A stretch of 64,000 nt of DNA from the NCBI RefSeq assembly GCF_009914755.1, contig NC_060927.1; one strand, given 5' to 3'. The notes under the pieces were generated by a model that saw only the letters and a program-made list of their open reading frames with translations, did not search any database and was not told the origin of the DNA. Source of the stretch: the human T2T-CHM13v2.0 reference genome, Homo sapiens. Shown here piece after piece: positions 42,545 through 54,460 of this stretch (position 1 is its first letter; each line of letters begins with the position of its first letter). A program made the translations under genes and the position numbers.

Positions 42545-42750
42545 ATAAAGTCTTGACTTGGTGTCAAAAGACTAGCATTCAAGTCCCAGCTCTGCTAGGT
42601 GCCAAGAGTGGGGTCTGGAACAAGTCATTTAATGTTTCTGAATGTCAGTCTTCTCATCTCTAAAGTAGAGGCAGCAGGACCTGTCCTTTCTACATTCACA
42701 TTTGCTGTAAAAATTAGGTGAGATCGTGTAATTGTCATAAACTGCAAGGC
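42545..42750 (+). mobile_element. MIR
   Basis: TTCAAGTCCCAGCTCTGC...AACAAGTCATTTAATGTTTCTGA. Confidence 0.65.
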
Positions 42751-43697
42751 ACCATCCTTACGGAATTATGAAAGCCAATAAAAGAGACATCAATTGGAAG
42801 AGCATGTTCAGCTTTTTAAAATTTGGCACAGTATGTAAGTTAAGACAGATCTGTGATGATCTGAAGGTCCTTGGTACCCCAGCAAACCTCTTTAGTGGCG
42901 GGGGAAGAATGGGGACCAGATTGCCATCGGTTGAAGAGTGACTGTGAGAGGAAGGAGTCAAGAAGTCTACAAAACTAGAGAATATTTTCAAAGTATTTGT
43001 ATGTGGTAATTTGGGAGAGAAATATGGTTATGGGAAAGTTGATTTTCCCCCCAGTAATGGATGGATCATTGCAAATCACTCCATACTTTGAGTGATATAA
43101 AGTTATCCCCATAAGACTCTCTTTTTAAAGAACACCTTTATTGAGATATAATTCACATACCATAAAAATTATCTTTTCTGAGTATGCTCCTGAAAGAGAC
43201 TTAAAGAATATTTTTTCCATCCTCCTTGTGGCAACCTTATACTGTTTTTCTCTATGTCCCTTGCCTCATACCTTTGAAGAGTGATCCCCTCTCTAAGTCA
43301 TATGGTTCTGACGGGGCTGGAAAATCTATAGCATCTGTTCTCCAACAATGCCACAGGTGTGGGGGGCCACAAGAGTTTGGGCTGGTCAATCAGAATGTCC
43401 CATTCCTTTACCCACAGTGGTTGACATCACATAGGCACATAAGCCAAATCAGTCCAGTCATAGAGGATTTTATTTGCAGCCACTGGAAGACAGGAGAGGC
43501 ACTCTTTCCTCCAAGTAACTGGGCTGGAATGGCAAGGCAGGAGTTCTTCCTGGCAATCTCACTCTCCATCTCACCTCCACTCATCTGGTCACGTGGAGGA
43601 AGTTTATCTGTAGTGGAAAAGAATCAGATCAACAACAAAAGAGGACAGAGCCATGTGAGAAAGAAACACATACAGAGACAACAATACCTAATGATGC

Positions 43698-44070
43698 TGA
43701 TATGCTTTGGCCCTGTTCCTACCCAAATCTCAACTTGAATTGTATCTCCCAGAATTCCCACGTGTTTTGGGAGGGACCCAGGAGGAGGTAATTGAATCAT
43801 GGGGGACTGGTCTTTCCCGTGCTATTCTCATGATAGTGAATAAGTCTCATGATAGTGAATAAGTCTCATGAGATCTGATGGGCTTATCGGGGGTTCTGCT
43901 TTCGCTTCTTCCTCATTTTCTCTTGCCACCACCAAGTAAGAAGTGTCTTTCGCCTCCCGCCATGACTCTGAGACCTCCCTAGCCATGTGGAACTGTAAGT
44001 CCAAGTAGACCTCTTTTTCTTCCCAGTTGCAAGTATGTCTTTATCAGCAGTGTGAAAACAGACAAATACA
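43698..44070 (+). mobile_element. THE1A solo LTR inside an older MLT1-like LTR (~43240-44510)
   Basis: TGATATGCTTTGG...CTCAACTTGAATTGTATCTCCCAGAATTCC...AAATACA; TSD GATGC/GATGG. Confidence 0.9.
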
Positions 44071-44089
44071 GATGGCTTCTGTCTCTAGA

Positions 44090-44428
44090 ATATGAGTCAT
44101 CAAACCAACATCTACTGGTCCAATCCAGCCCTTTGCCTGTTTTTGTATGACCAGACAGCTACATAGGTTTTTACATTTTTATATGGTTGGGGAAAAAATC
44201 AAAAGAAAAATAACATTTCATGACATGTAAAAATAATATGAAACTCCTCTATAGTCTCCATAAAGAAAGTTTTACTAGAACATAATCATGCTCATTCATT
44301 TACATCTTATTTGTGGCTGTTTTTGTGCTATAGTAGCAGAGCTGAATAGTTGCAACAGAGACCATAAGGCCCACAAAGTTGAATATACTTGTTATCTTGC
44401 TATGGACAAAGAAAGTTCACCAATCTGT
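44090..44428. mobile_element. MER58B
   Basis: GCCTGTTTTTGTATG...AAAGTTTTACTAGAACATAATCATGCTCATTCATTTAC...AGTTGCAACAGAGACCATA. Confidence 0.8.
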
Positions 44429-44646
44429 ACTCTAAAGTAAAGCCAATACCATGCCTGAACTGTTACATGAGCCCAGAAATCTCCCTTTGATGGCTTGCAC
44501 TAGTGGGAGTTGGGTCTCTGTCACAACAGTGTTTCCTGAAAAATATCCTCTTGGCTTTAAGGATGTGGAACATAAAGGGGAAATACACAACTGGCTTGCT
44601 CACATAGTTGATGACACCATGGGACCAGAACCCTGGCATCACCAGA

Positions 44647-44822
44647 CAGCCTGGCTTCATGGCTGTGCAATCTGAGCAGCCACACAAGGCCCCATGCTTA
44701 GAAGGGCTCTGCACTTGGTTTACTGCTCGGTTATCACAATCTTGAGATTCTTAATAAGTTTTGCACAAGGGGGCCTGAATTTTCATTCTGCACTGGACTC
44801 TGCATTTAGGTAGCTGGTCTTG
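44647..44822. mobile_element. MER91A-like
   Basis: GGCTTCATGGCTGTGCAATCTGAGCAGCCACACAAGGCCCCATGCTTAGAAGGG...TTTTCATTCTGCACTGG. Confidence 0.7.
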
Positions 44823-45629
44823 GTACCACCCACTCAGCCTCCCCAATTCTACAAACTTTACCCTTTTCTAATCACATTCCACTTCAGCATTATAATTTCC
44901 AACCACCCTAGCACATTAATATTAGAGAAATTGATATTATAGCAACTTCTATGTTTTAATTCCAACATAATTTATAGTCAAAAGTACACACTTTCCCCAC
45001 TTTATAACAGGACTACATTTCTCCAAGGTTCAAGTAAAATAGCTATGATTTTATTTTTTGTGTGTTTAATAATCCTCATCACCATAATTGTTCTGTATTT
45101 ATTTTGTATTTCACTTATACTCTGGGACTGGTGTGGCACAGGGAATGGATTCAGTAATTCTACACATTCATAAATTGTGAACAGGATTTCAAAAATGGTT
45201 CCTGTTATTGAAGCTTCTGGCTATGGTGATAATTGAAATGAAAACATTTATGAAGTGCTCATTAGATGTCCCCATAGCACAGGAATCTTTGGGTCAAGTA
45301 ATTTATAACACAGGGCAAACCACAAGGTCTAGTTGCCTAGTCAAATCTCAATCTCTCTGTCCAAAACAATTCAGACTGCAAAAAATGAACATAAGAAATA
45401 CAAGAAAAAGGAAAAGCTAAATCACAGGGGATAATATTGTTCTCCATGTTTTGAAACATTAACCTATTCAAGTTATATTAGGTTTTTATGTTTCCTGGGA
45501 TCTTCATTTGTCTTAAAGCCCTTTAACTGGCTTTTTCTTCTCCCTTCTGTTCTTCCCTCCCTCCCTCCCTCCCTCCACCCTGCTTTCTTTCCTTCCTTCC
45601 CTGCTTTCTTTCCCTCTCTTTTTTTTGTG

Positions 45630-46050
45630 ACTTTTGCTATTTTTAAAAATTACCAAAGTAACCCATCTTTAGTGTAGGATATTTTTTAAGTAAACATAGG
45701 GAAAAATAAGAACATAAAATTACCCATCGTTTCACCACCCAGTGATAAGCATGGTTAACATTAATTTTTGTCATTGCTAACATTTAGAATATATCTTTTC
45801 TAATCAATTTTCTGTGCACATCTAAAACTTAAAAATATGGAATCTTGTTGAATACTGTGAGGAATTTTTTTGTGAGCATTTCCCCATATCTTCATCAGCT
45901 TTTTGCATTGTCATTTTAATGACTACATGATATATAATTTATTTTTAAAATTCCCTATTGGTGGACATTTGAGTTGTTTCTCATTTCCTGTCATTCAAAG
46001 CAACACTAAAATGAATATCCTTATAGCTATATTGATATGTCTATCTGTAT
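45630..46050 (-). mobile_element. Old L1ME fragment
   Basis: TCCCTATTGGTGGACATTTGAGTTGTTTCTCATTT...ATGAATATCCTT. Confidence 0.55.
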
Positions 46051-46847
46051 TTCTTTCTTTCATTTTACATTAAAGGCTAAGAGAAACAATCTTTAATCTC
46101 TGTGATTACACAACTTCTTATTTCCATAACACTATTGCTGAAGGAGCTCAGATAAAAGTATATATATAACTTCAAACAGTTGCATAACATAGTGCTGACA
46201 TAGAATACTCTCAACAAATGATGGCTATTAACAGCTCCAAGAAAGCGTAGCCTCCCTGACATCAGATTCAAATGGCAATTTTCCTTGGTTGTCATTTATA
46301 AACCTAAACATAGCCTTTTTAAAGAAATGTAAATATTTATTTGTGTTGTACCATCTTTTAGAATATGGGATGGTACAATATTCCATTAGTCTAGTACCAA
46401 TGTGAAAAAAATAGAATTATCTCTTTATCCCACTTATATCTAACTGTCCTCCTCATCTTAATATTTCAGGATAAATCCATCTTAAACAACTCCAAGTAGA
46501 CATAATACTTACAAACGAATAGGAATATATTTGTATGCAAAACAGAGTTTGCTACTGTTCTTTTTAAAAAATTTTAATACCTTTAGAAACAAAGATCCAA
46601 TCCAAACTCAATAAAAATTAATAAATGGGACTAAGGCTTTTTCATTTTTATGTTAAATACATGCAAAATATTTTATTATAACTGGCAGGTAATTTTAATT
46701 TTAAAAAAAAGATTAAATACTACTAATAATAAGAGGGCTAAATTTCTCCCCTACTTGGTTCTGCAATATCTACAAGGGACTTGTATCTTTCAGACTTTTC
46801 AGTAAACAAGTTTCCAACATGGCAAATTTTCATGTAGGCGTCAGCAG

Positions 46848-46927
46848 AGATATTTTCTATGAATGCCTAAAATAATCATCACTTTTTCCATGTAGATATT
46901 TTCTATGAATACCTAAAATAATCATCA
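46848..46927. repeat. Direct repeat of a 34-bp segment (period 46, one mismatch)
   Basis: AGATATTTTCTATGAAT(G/A)CCTAAAATAATCATCA at 46848 and 46894. Confidence 0.9.
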
Positions 46928-47109
46928 TTTTAAGCATATTAAATATTATCTTGGAGAGTGTTACAGCTTACACTCAACTAAAGGCCTAGAATGTAGGTTA
47001 TAATAAAAATTTTATTAATAAATAAATGAATGAATCATGCCACCGGTTATTGCCTTTACTGTTAACATCCGGGACAACTTTTACTTCTCTTTATAATCTC
47101 CATTGATTC

Positions 47110-47381
47110 ATAACTTCTCTTGGTTCCCTTATCTGTAAAATGGGAGTAGTAATCGTGCCTCATGATTGATTCAGTGCCGCATTACTGAATCATTGTGAGG
47201 ATTCAGTAATGTAGCCTATGGAAAGCACCTAACACCAAGCATGGCATTTGATAACCCCTCAACAAATATAAGCTATTACCATTAACAATAGCATAATCAT
47301 CACCATCCTCATCATCATCGTCGTCATCATCATCGTCAGCATTACCATCAGCATTATCATCATCATTATCATCATCATCAT
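47110..47381 (+). mobile_element. MIR with degenerate (CAT)n tail (47297-47381)
   Basis: CTTATCTGTAAAATGGGAGTAGTAAT...GAAAGCACCTAACAC; ATC repeats. Confidence 0.75.
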
Positions 47382-49026
47382 CCTTGAATGCAAATACCAT
47401 CTGGCTTGTTCTCTTTTTAAGCAGGCATGAGCCTTATTTTCTCCTTGAGGAGAAAATTATTTTACTATAGTTGAGTTCCCAATACATTCCCCACCCGAGG
47501 GTACCGTGTAGAAGGGGGTCAGGAAGGAAGAGCTGAGAGAGAGAGGGAACCTGTTAATTTGGAAAAAGCAAGATGTTCCAGAAAACCTTGGCCTAGTGTA
47601 TGAGAAAAATGGGCTTAGCAATTACAGTTGTTATGAAACTTGGGTTTTATGAAGCCAGAGGCTGGAACTGTACAATAAAACAACTTTGAAATATCAAAAG
47701 ATCACTTTGGGTGGCCTGCCAGTGGATTATAGACATGACTTTTATAGTGAGAGGGACTGTCTGGCATTGAATCAGAGGAACTATATGGTTTGAGCAGCAG
47801 GACATCAGTAGCTAGTTTGAGCTTAAATAAAAAATCAAAATGGCAAATCAGTACAGAATAAACAAAACCTAAGAGATTTGTTTTGTACAGTGTAAAGGAA
47901 GAGTGGGTTCTGTAAACATCAAACTCTGGAGGAAAATGCTAGGGGGTTTTCTACCATTTCTCTCAGTGCACTGAAGCTTTTCATGGACTTAATTGATTTT
48001 TAGGAAGATATTTAACATTGCAATCTGGATGGGAATATTCTCTGAGATAATTTAAGAACGAATTCATCATAAACGCTCATTTTTCTAATTATTGAGGGGA
48101 GAATTGAAAATTGCAAGTTGGAAACAGACATGGCAGAGCCCAGAAAAAAAAAATTATCTCCAATTTCCTAACACAAAAGGAAAGGGGGAATGCAAAAACT
48201 GTCCTTTGTTGAAAACCACATCTGCAAAAGCTAATGAGAGCATGGCCTTGCTGTGTCTGTCAACCACCGATGGTTGATAAGCAGCTAGTCTTATAAACGT
48301 TACCAGTTCAAAATGGAAACAAAAGCATGCACAAGTTTTCATCTGTAATTGGTCAGAAAGACTGCATACTGCTTCCAGAACTCAGCTGCTTGCTGCTCTG
48401 TCTCTTAGATTACTAATCCTCATGCTGTCCAAGTCCTATGTTCATTTTAGCAACAACAATGGCCATTTCTCATCCTCTAGAATGCAAACGACACAAAATG
48501 TACAAAGTGCAAAATGAAGTTATGTTATAGGATGTTTAGGAGCCAAGCTTCTGTTAAAGCAGGTAAATTATGAAATAGAAGAGAATACCAGTGCTAAAAC
48601 TGAACACAAACAAGCCATCATTTCTCTCTGGAAACTTTCAAAATGATTTTGCCAATTAGTTACTCCAAGCTAACAAAGAGGAGACCACTGGGCATTGTAA
48701 ATGATGTTGTTATATCTGCAGAAAGCCATCTTCAAGAAATGGGTTGTTATAATATTAACACACATTAAATGTGTATGATTGGAGTCTAGTCCACCTGCAG
48801 GGTTAAAATAGACAGCTTCTGTACATTACAATCTTTTATGCTACAGTGTCCTACAAACAACCTGTTTGCCAGGAGATCCCACCATTGGCCTTCCAGTCAT
48901 TCTAGAGAGAATGTCTGAAAGATGTCTTGATTGCAGGTAATTATCTCCGTTCCCCCAGTATATTTACACGTATCTAGCCCAGACTCTTTCATCAGTGCTG
49001 GAATTCTCTTGCTAAACACAGACTGA

Positions 49027-49445
<419 letters not shown>

Positions 49446-49709
49446 CAGTATACTGTTTTAAAAATCAACAGTGGCAAACCTCTTTCCTCCTGGTTTAAGT
49501 CCAAAATCCTTATAATAACCATATTTTAAAAAAAAATATGTGCTTGGCATTATATAAATCTTCCATTTAGTAATATAACAATTATAATATTTTTAAATTA
49601 TTAAACAAGGTTGTTTTTAAAATTTCCCTTAAATCATGTACCTTGTGGCTTTTCTTCTATTGAGTAAACAGTTTCTATTTTTCCCGAGTAGAGCAGATAC
49701 ACATTAGAG

Positions 49710-49926
49710 CAGTGGTTTTCAACCAGGGACAATTTGTCCTCTAGGAGATATTTGGCAATGTCTGGAGATATTTCTGATGATCACACTGGGAAGAGATGAC
49801 TGGCATCTAGTGGGTGGAGGCCAGGGAGGTGCTAAACATCCTGCAGTGGCACAGGACAGCCCCTCACAACAAGGAAATATCACAACAAAGCCCAAAATGT
49901 GGATAGTGCAAGGTTGGGAAACCCAG
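49710..49926 (+). mobile_element. MER20, essentially full length
   Basis: CAGTGGTTTTCAACC...TTTGGCAATGTCTGGAGA...TGGCATCTAGTGGGTGGAGGCCAGGGA...GGGAAACCCAG. Confidence 0.9.
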
Positions 49927-50910
49927 CAATAAAACAATAAAAAATATTGCTCAGCTATAACCGTGAAACTGGGGTGCAGAATCTTACACTACAAGAGTGG
50001 CCCTCAGGGGGTAATAGATGGGTGGTTGTGAGAACTGACCTTCACTTTGTTTAGCATTACAGTGAACACTAAAAAAGGAGATGGAACTATGTCGTGTATA
50101 TGGCACACCTGGTAGGCCAGTCTTCAGATGCGTCAGGCAGAGAAAGGGGTCAGGAGGTGTTAATAAAAATTAGAATGGTAGAGGAGCTTGTCATGCCTAA
50201 CAGACTCCTCAGTCAGCCCAGGTAATATCATTCATTGCTGTAAGTCCCTGTGAAAAACTTGGGGGACCTGATAAGCCATCCTTCTGAGAGCAGCCAGTGA
50301 CAAATTCTGCTTGAGCTAACAGTCTACTTCTATATCCTTAGCCGTATAAGATTCCTGTATCCTCCAACTTCATCCATTGGGGTTTCCCTTAATCATCATC
50401 ACTTTAGGACAAAGACACACCAGTGAAACAATGATCTTGGGAGCCAGAGTGAGTTGAGCAAGAAAAACGAATTCTAAAATCTGTCTTTAACACATTGAAA
50501 GTAAAACTTTAAGATCTGAATGTATTTTTTTTTTTAACCGCAAGCCAGAGGATAACCTGGATTTTCTTAATCTGGAAAGCAGGATATGACATAAGGAAAT
50601 TTCCCAACTGCACAGACAGGAAATGGGGTGTATTTGCATGGTGGGGAGTCTGGGGGCAATGTGGAGGAAGAGGAAAGGAGGTCAGGCCCAAAGATACTGA
50701 CTTCTATAGGCACAGGAGCCTGGGTGGGGCTATATGAGAGGCAGTAAAAATGCCAGAGAGCTTGACAGGGCAGCTGGAAGCCTCAGGAATTTCAGACCAA
50801 CTTTCCATTTGTACTCCTGGAAGGAGGACACTTTTCACACTGCCTTCAACAAATGTGTATTAGTGAAGGAAAAGGAAACATGGAATATTTTTGGAAAGGA
50901 GATGGCCTGG

Positions 50911-51040
50911 AGGAGTCCAGATGTTTCTACATGTACACAGCGAGGAATACAAAAGATTAGGATGAGGGTCAGGAGTCCAGATATTTCTACATGTACACAG
51001 CGAGGAATACAAAAGATTAGGATGAGGGTCAGGAGTCCAG
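50911..51040. repeat. 60-bp tandem duplication bounded by a 10-bp microhomology
   Basis: Units 50911-50970 and 50971-51030 differ at one base; AGGAGTCCAG occurs three times. Confidence 0.97.
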
Positions 51041-52512
51041 TGAGAGTTGACTTTATAGTGAGGCTGGGTTGGCAACCACACCTTGAGTTCAGAGGGAAGA
51101 TGTAGCTGAGATTCAGGGGATCTGCAGCCACAGGGCCCACATCAACACAGGAAGAGAGGAAAACACACCCAAGAAAATAAAAGTTTTACTGTCTCTGAAA
51201 TTCAGCAGCAGTTGCCAAGTGGGACTAAGCACATCTTCATGAGGTCAGCAAAGATTGGAGAGATGAGCCTTGTGGCCCAGTGGGCCAGGCCCCAGTCCGT
51301 GACAATACATGTATTAATAATACATGTACACAGGCACCAGCTTATGAGGAAGAGGAGGAAGGGCAACCCTCTGAGAGAAGCAGAACTGAAGGTCTATTCA
51401 AATGTGTGAGCAAAGTTAAGGGAACGGACACTCGTGAAGTTGAGGTAAGTTATGGGAAACAAAGAAGCTATACTTTTTTGCACATCTAAATCAGAGTGTT
51501 TAAAGTGTTGGTGTTCATTTCAGTAGGAAACCCCTACTTACTGAGTGTAATTATGAAATAACTGAAGCACAGAAAAGTAACTTATCTCACCCAAGGTCAC
51601 AGAGACAATAACTGGGGGAGCCCTGGCGTCAAAGACCATGATCTTTCCACTCTACTTCTCCTTATAGCAACATTCCAGCCCACTCTTGATGGTCTGGCCC
51701 CACTCTAAATTACCAGCCTCATTTACTATTACCTCATACTCTTTTTCTTTCAATCACAAGATTAGTTCTCAAACATGCCATGCTTTTTCTTCCTTCATGG
51801 TTTTGAACACATTTCTCCTGCTGCTCCAGTGCACTTCCGAGCCACCTTCTCTCTCCCGAAGTTGACTTTATATTCCACCCAACTTAACACCTTTGAGTAG
51901 ACTGGAACACTCTTTTTTGGTAGCAAAAGGTGGGAAATATTGAGGAGCAAGGTGACAAAATTTAGTTACCCAAGCTAATTGCCAGAGAAAGAGCACTATT
52001 GTCTCTCCCAGTCTGGTTTTCCTCTAGACAAAGAGGCTGCCTGGTTCAACATGCCTGACAGCATGGTTTTACAATCGTGTACTTGATTTTCACTGGCATA
52101 GTCATACCCATAAGTTCTCAAGCTCAGAGACTTGGTTCAACCATTCTTTTGACAGCCCACCAGCCACTTAACATTCCATTATTTTTCCTCTGGCACACAA
52201 ACTTCCTTAATTTCTCCCCAACTTCCCTGCACAATGAAACTAGCCAAGTCACTCACAATTCTTGTTTATCTTACTTGCACGTGGCTTTTCTCATCATCAT
52301 GTCATTAGTATGAGTTGAAAAATCCCTCTAACCAAGACAATCAGAAGTGCCTCAGCCAGTCCTCTGGTTCACTTGGTTTCCAACTGGCTCATCTCCCTCT
52401 TGTGTTCCCAAGAATCTAAACACCCTACAGTCTCTTCCCTTACTGACCCTTAGCAAGGTCTTTCTATGTCTACAGATCAATTTATTTTCTCCTAAAGCCA
52501 GTTAGGTTAGTA

Positions 52513-52683
52513 CAGCACTTTCAAGTAGAACTTTCTGCAGTAATGAAATATTGTATATCTGCACTGTCCAATATGGTACCTATTATCCACATGTGGCTAC
52601 TGAGGAAGTGAAATTTTATTTAATTTAAATGTAAACGTATATTGCCTAATGGGGCTGGTGGCTATATGCTAAATAATGACAGT
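52513..52683. mobile_element. MER3
   Basis: TAGAACTTTCTGCAGTAATGAAATATTGTATATCTGCACTGTCCAATATGGTA...CCACATGTGGCTACTGAG. Confidence 0.8.
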
Positions 52684-52936
52684 ATTAGAACATTCTATTT
52701 AAATCAGTGTAACACACAGATTATTTCCAAACATACTTTCCAAGCCTACGTGATATATTTGTATACCCACTAACCAAATTCATCGTATATACTTAATATT
52801 TAAACTAAAATATTTTCCTTCCTCCAGTGCAGATTTCCCTCTTGTTAAACTATAGCCTCAGCTATTATAACCAAGACAAAAAATTACTCCCCCAGCAAAG
52901 CTTTCCCTGTCATCAGTATAGAAGCAATCATCATTT

Positions 52937-53259
<323 letters not shown>

Positions 53260-53879
53260 TGAATCATTTCTTTTCTAAGACTCATATTTTCTTTATCACT
53301 CATAGAATCCATCGCAACATATTAGTTCATTATTTACATGTTGATCTCCCCCCCTGTTAGAATGTGCTCTCTCAGAAGGAGAGAAGGGACTCTTTCATTT
53401 ATCTTTGATTCCCAACACCTAGAGCAAAAGTGGACGTAACAGTTATCCAATTGTTGGATAAATAAATGAATTAAAAATAACAGTGGAGGACTGCTAGAAA
53501 GGATACAACTATTTTTATAAAATTAGCATAGGAAGGGTAAAATCTAGCTAGGGTGTGGATAAATGTATAGTCTTTTTCTTTCACATTTCTTTTTATGGAA
53601 ATCTCTGTGATCTATTTGAGAGATGCTACAGAATTGTAATTGCTAATGACACCTCCGTAGAGGGCAGCATTAAAGACAGTATTTGAGTTGTCAGTTAGCA
53701 AATGTTGGTAATAGATGGGAGACAACATACCTGGGAGAACAGTTCTCTGTGTCATCGGCTACATGCACCAACCCAGGACGTGTTTCTGCAGACTCCTGAG
53801 TCACAATTATTACACTGGGTGTTGCTGTCACTATAGCTTCCTCCAACAACTTTCCAAATTACTGCTTCATTCTCTTTTC

Positions 53880-54460
53880 AAATGCCAATGATGTTGGGTC
53901 ATGTCCTTGACTGAAATCCGTTGCTGACCAAACTCCATAACATAGCCTACAGGACCCTGAATGATCTGACATCCAACCCAACTCTCCAATCCCATCTCAG
54001 ACTACACTCCCTGCTCCAGCCACACTGGCCTTTCCTCCGGTCCTCATGGTATCTACCAAATTCCTTCTGGCCTCAGAGCACGTGCACTTTCAGCTCATGC
54101 TCCCTGGAACTCTTACTCTTTTTTTTGCTCTTTGCATAGTTCATGCCAGCTCATCCTTCAGCTCTCAGCTCAGGCATCACTTGATGGGGGAAGACATTCC
54201 TGAAATCTGGACAAGGCCAGATCCTCCTTTTATAAACAACATGTGCCTCTTCCTAACACTCATCACGGATGGTTTTACATATATTTGTGAGTATTTGACA
54301 CACATCTATCTGTACCTCTGAATGCTTAGTTTCATGTGGACCTGAGCCATGTTTACTTTTATTCACCATGTGACTCCCTGTCCCCTAGCACTGTCCCTGG
54401 CACAAAGTGGACACTCAAGAAATATTTTTTGGATAAATGAAAGAATGAATGTATGAATGA
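53880..54460 (+). mobile_element. L2 3' region
   Basis: GCTCCAGCCACACTGGCCTT...TAGCACTGTCCCTGGCACAAAGTGGACACTCAAGAAATATTT...TGAATGAATG-like end. Confidence 0.75.

Noticed and set aside
43226-43738. 170-aa ORF
   Set aside because: Non-ATG start, lies in old MLT1-like LTR sequence and ends in THE1A; no recognisable domain.
47203-47400. Poly-Asp acidic protein ORF
   Set aside because: Translation of a degenerate (CAT)n microsatellite at a MIR end.
50734-51105. 123-aa ORF with an internal 20-aa repeat
   Set aside because: The repeat simply reflects the 60-bp DNA duplication; no splice or homology support.
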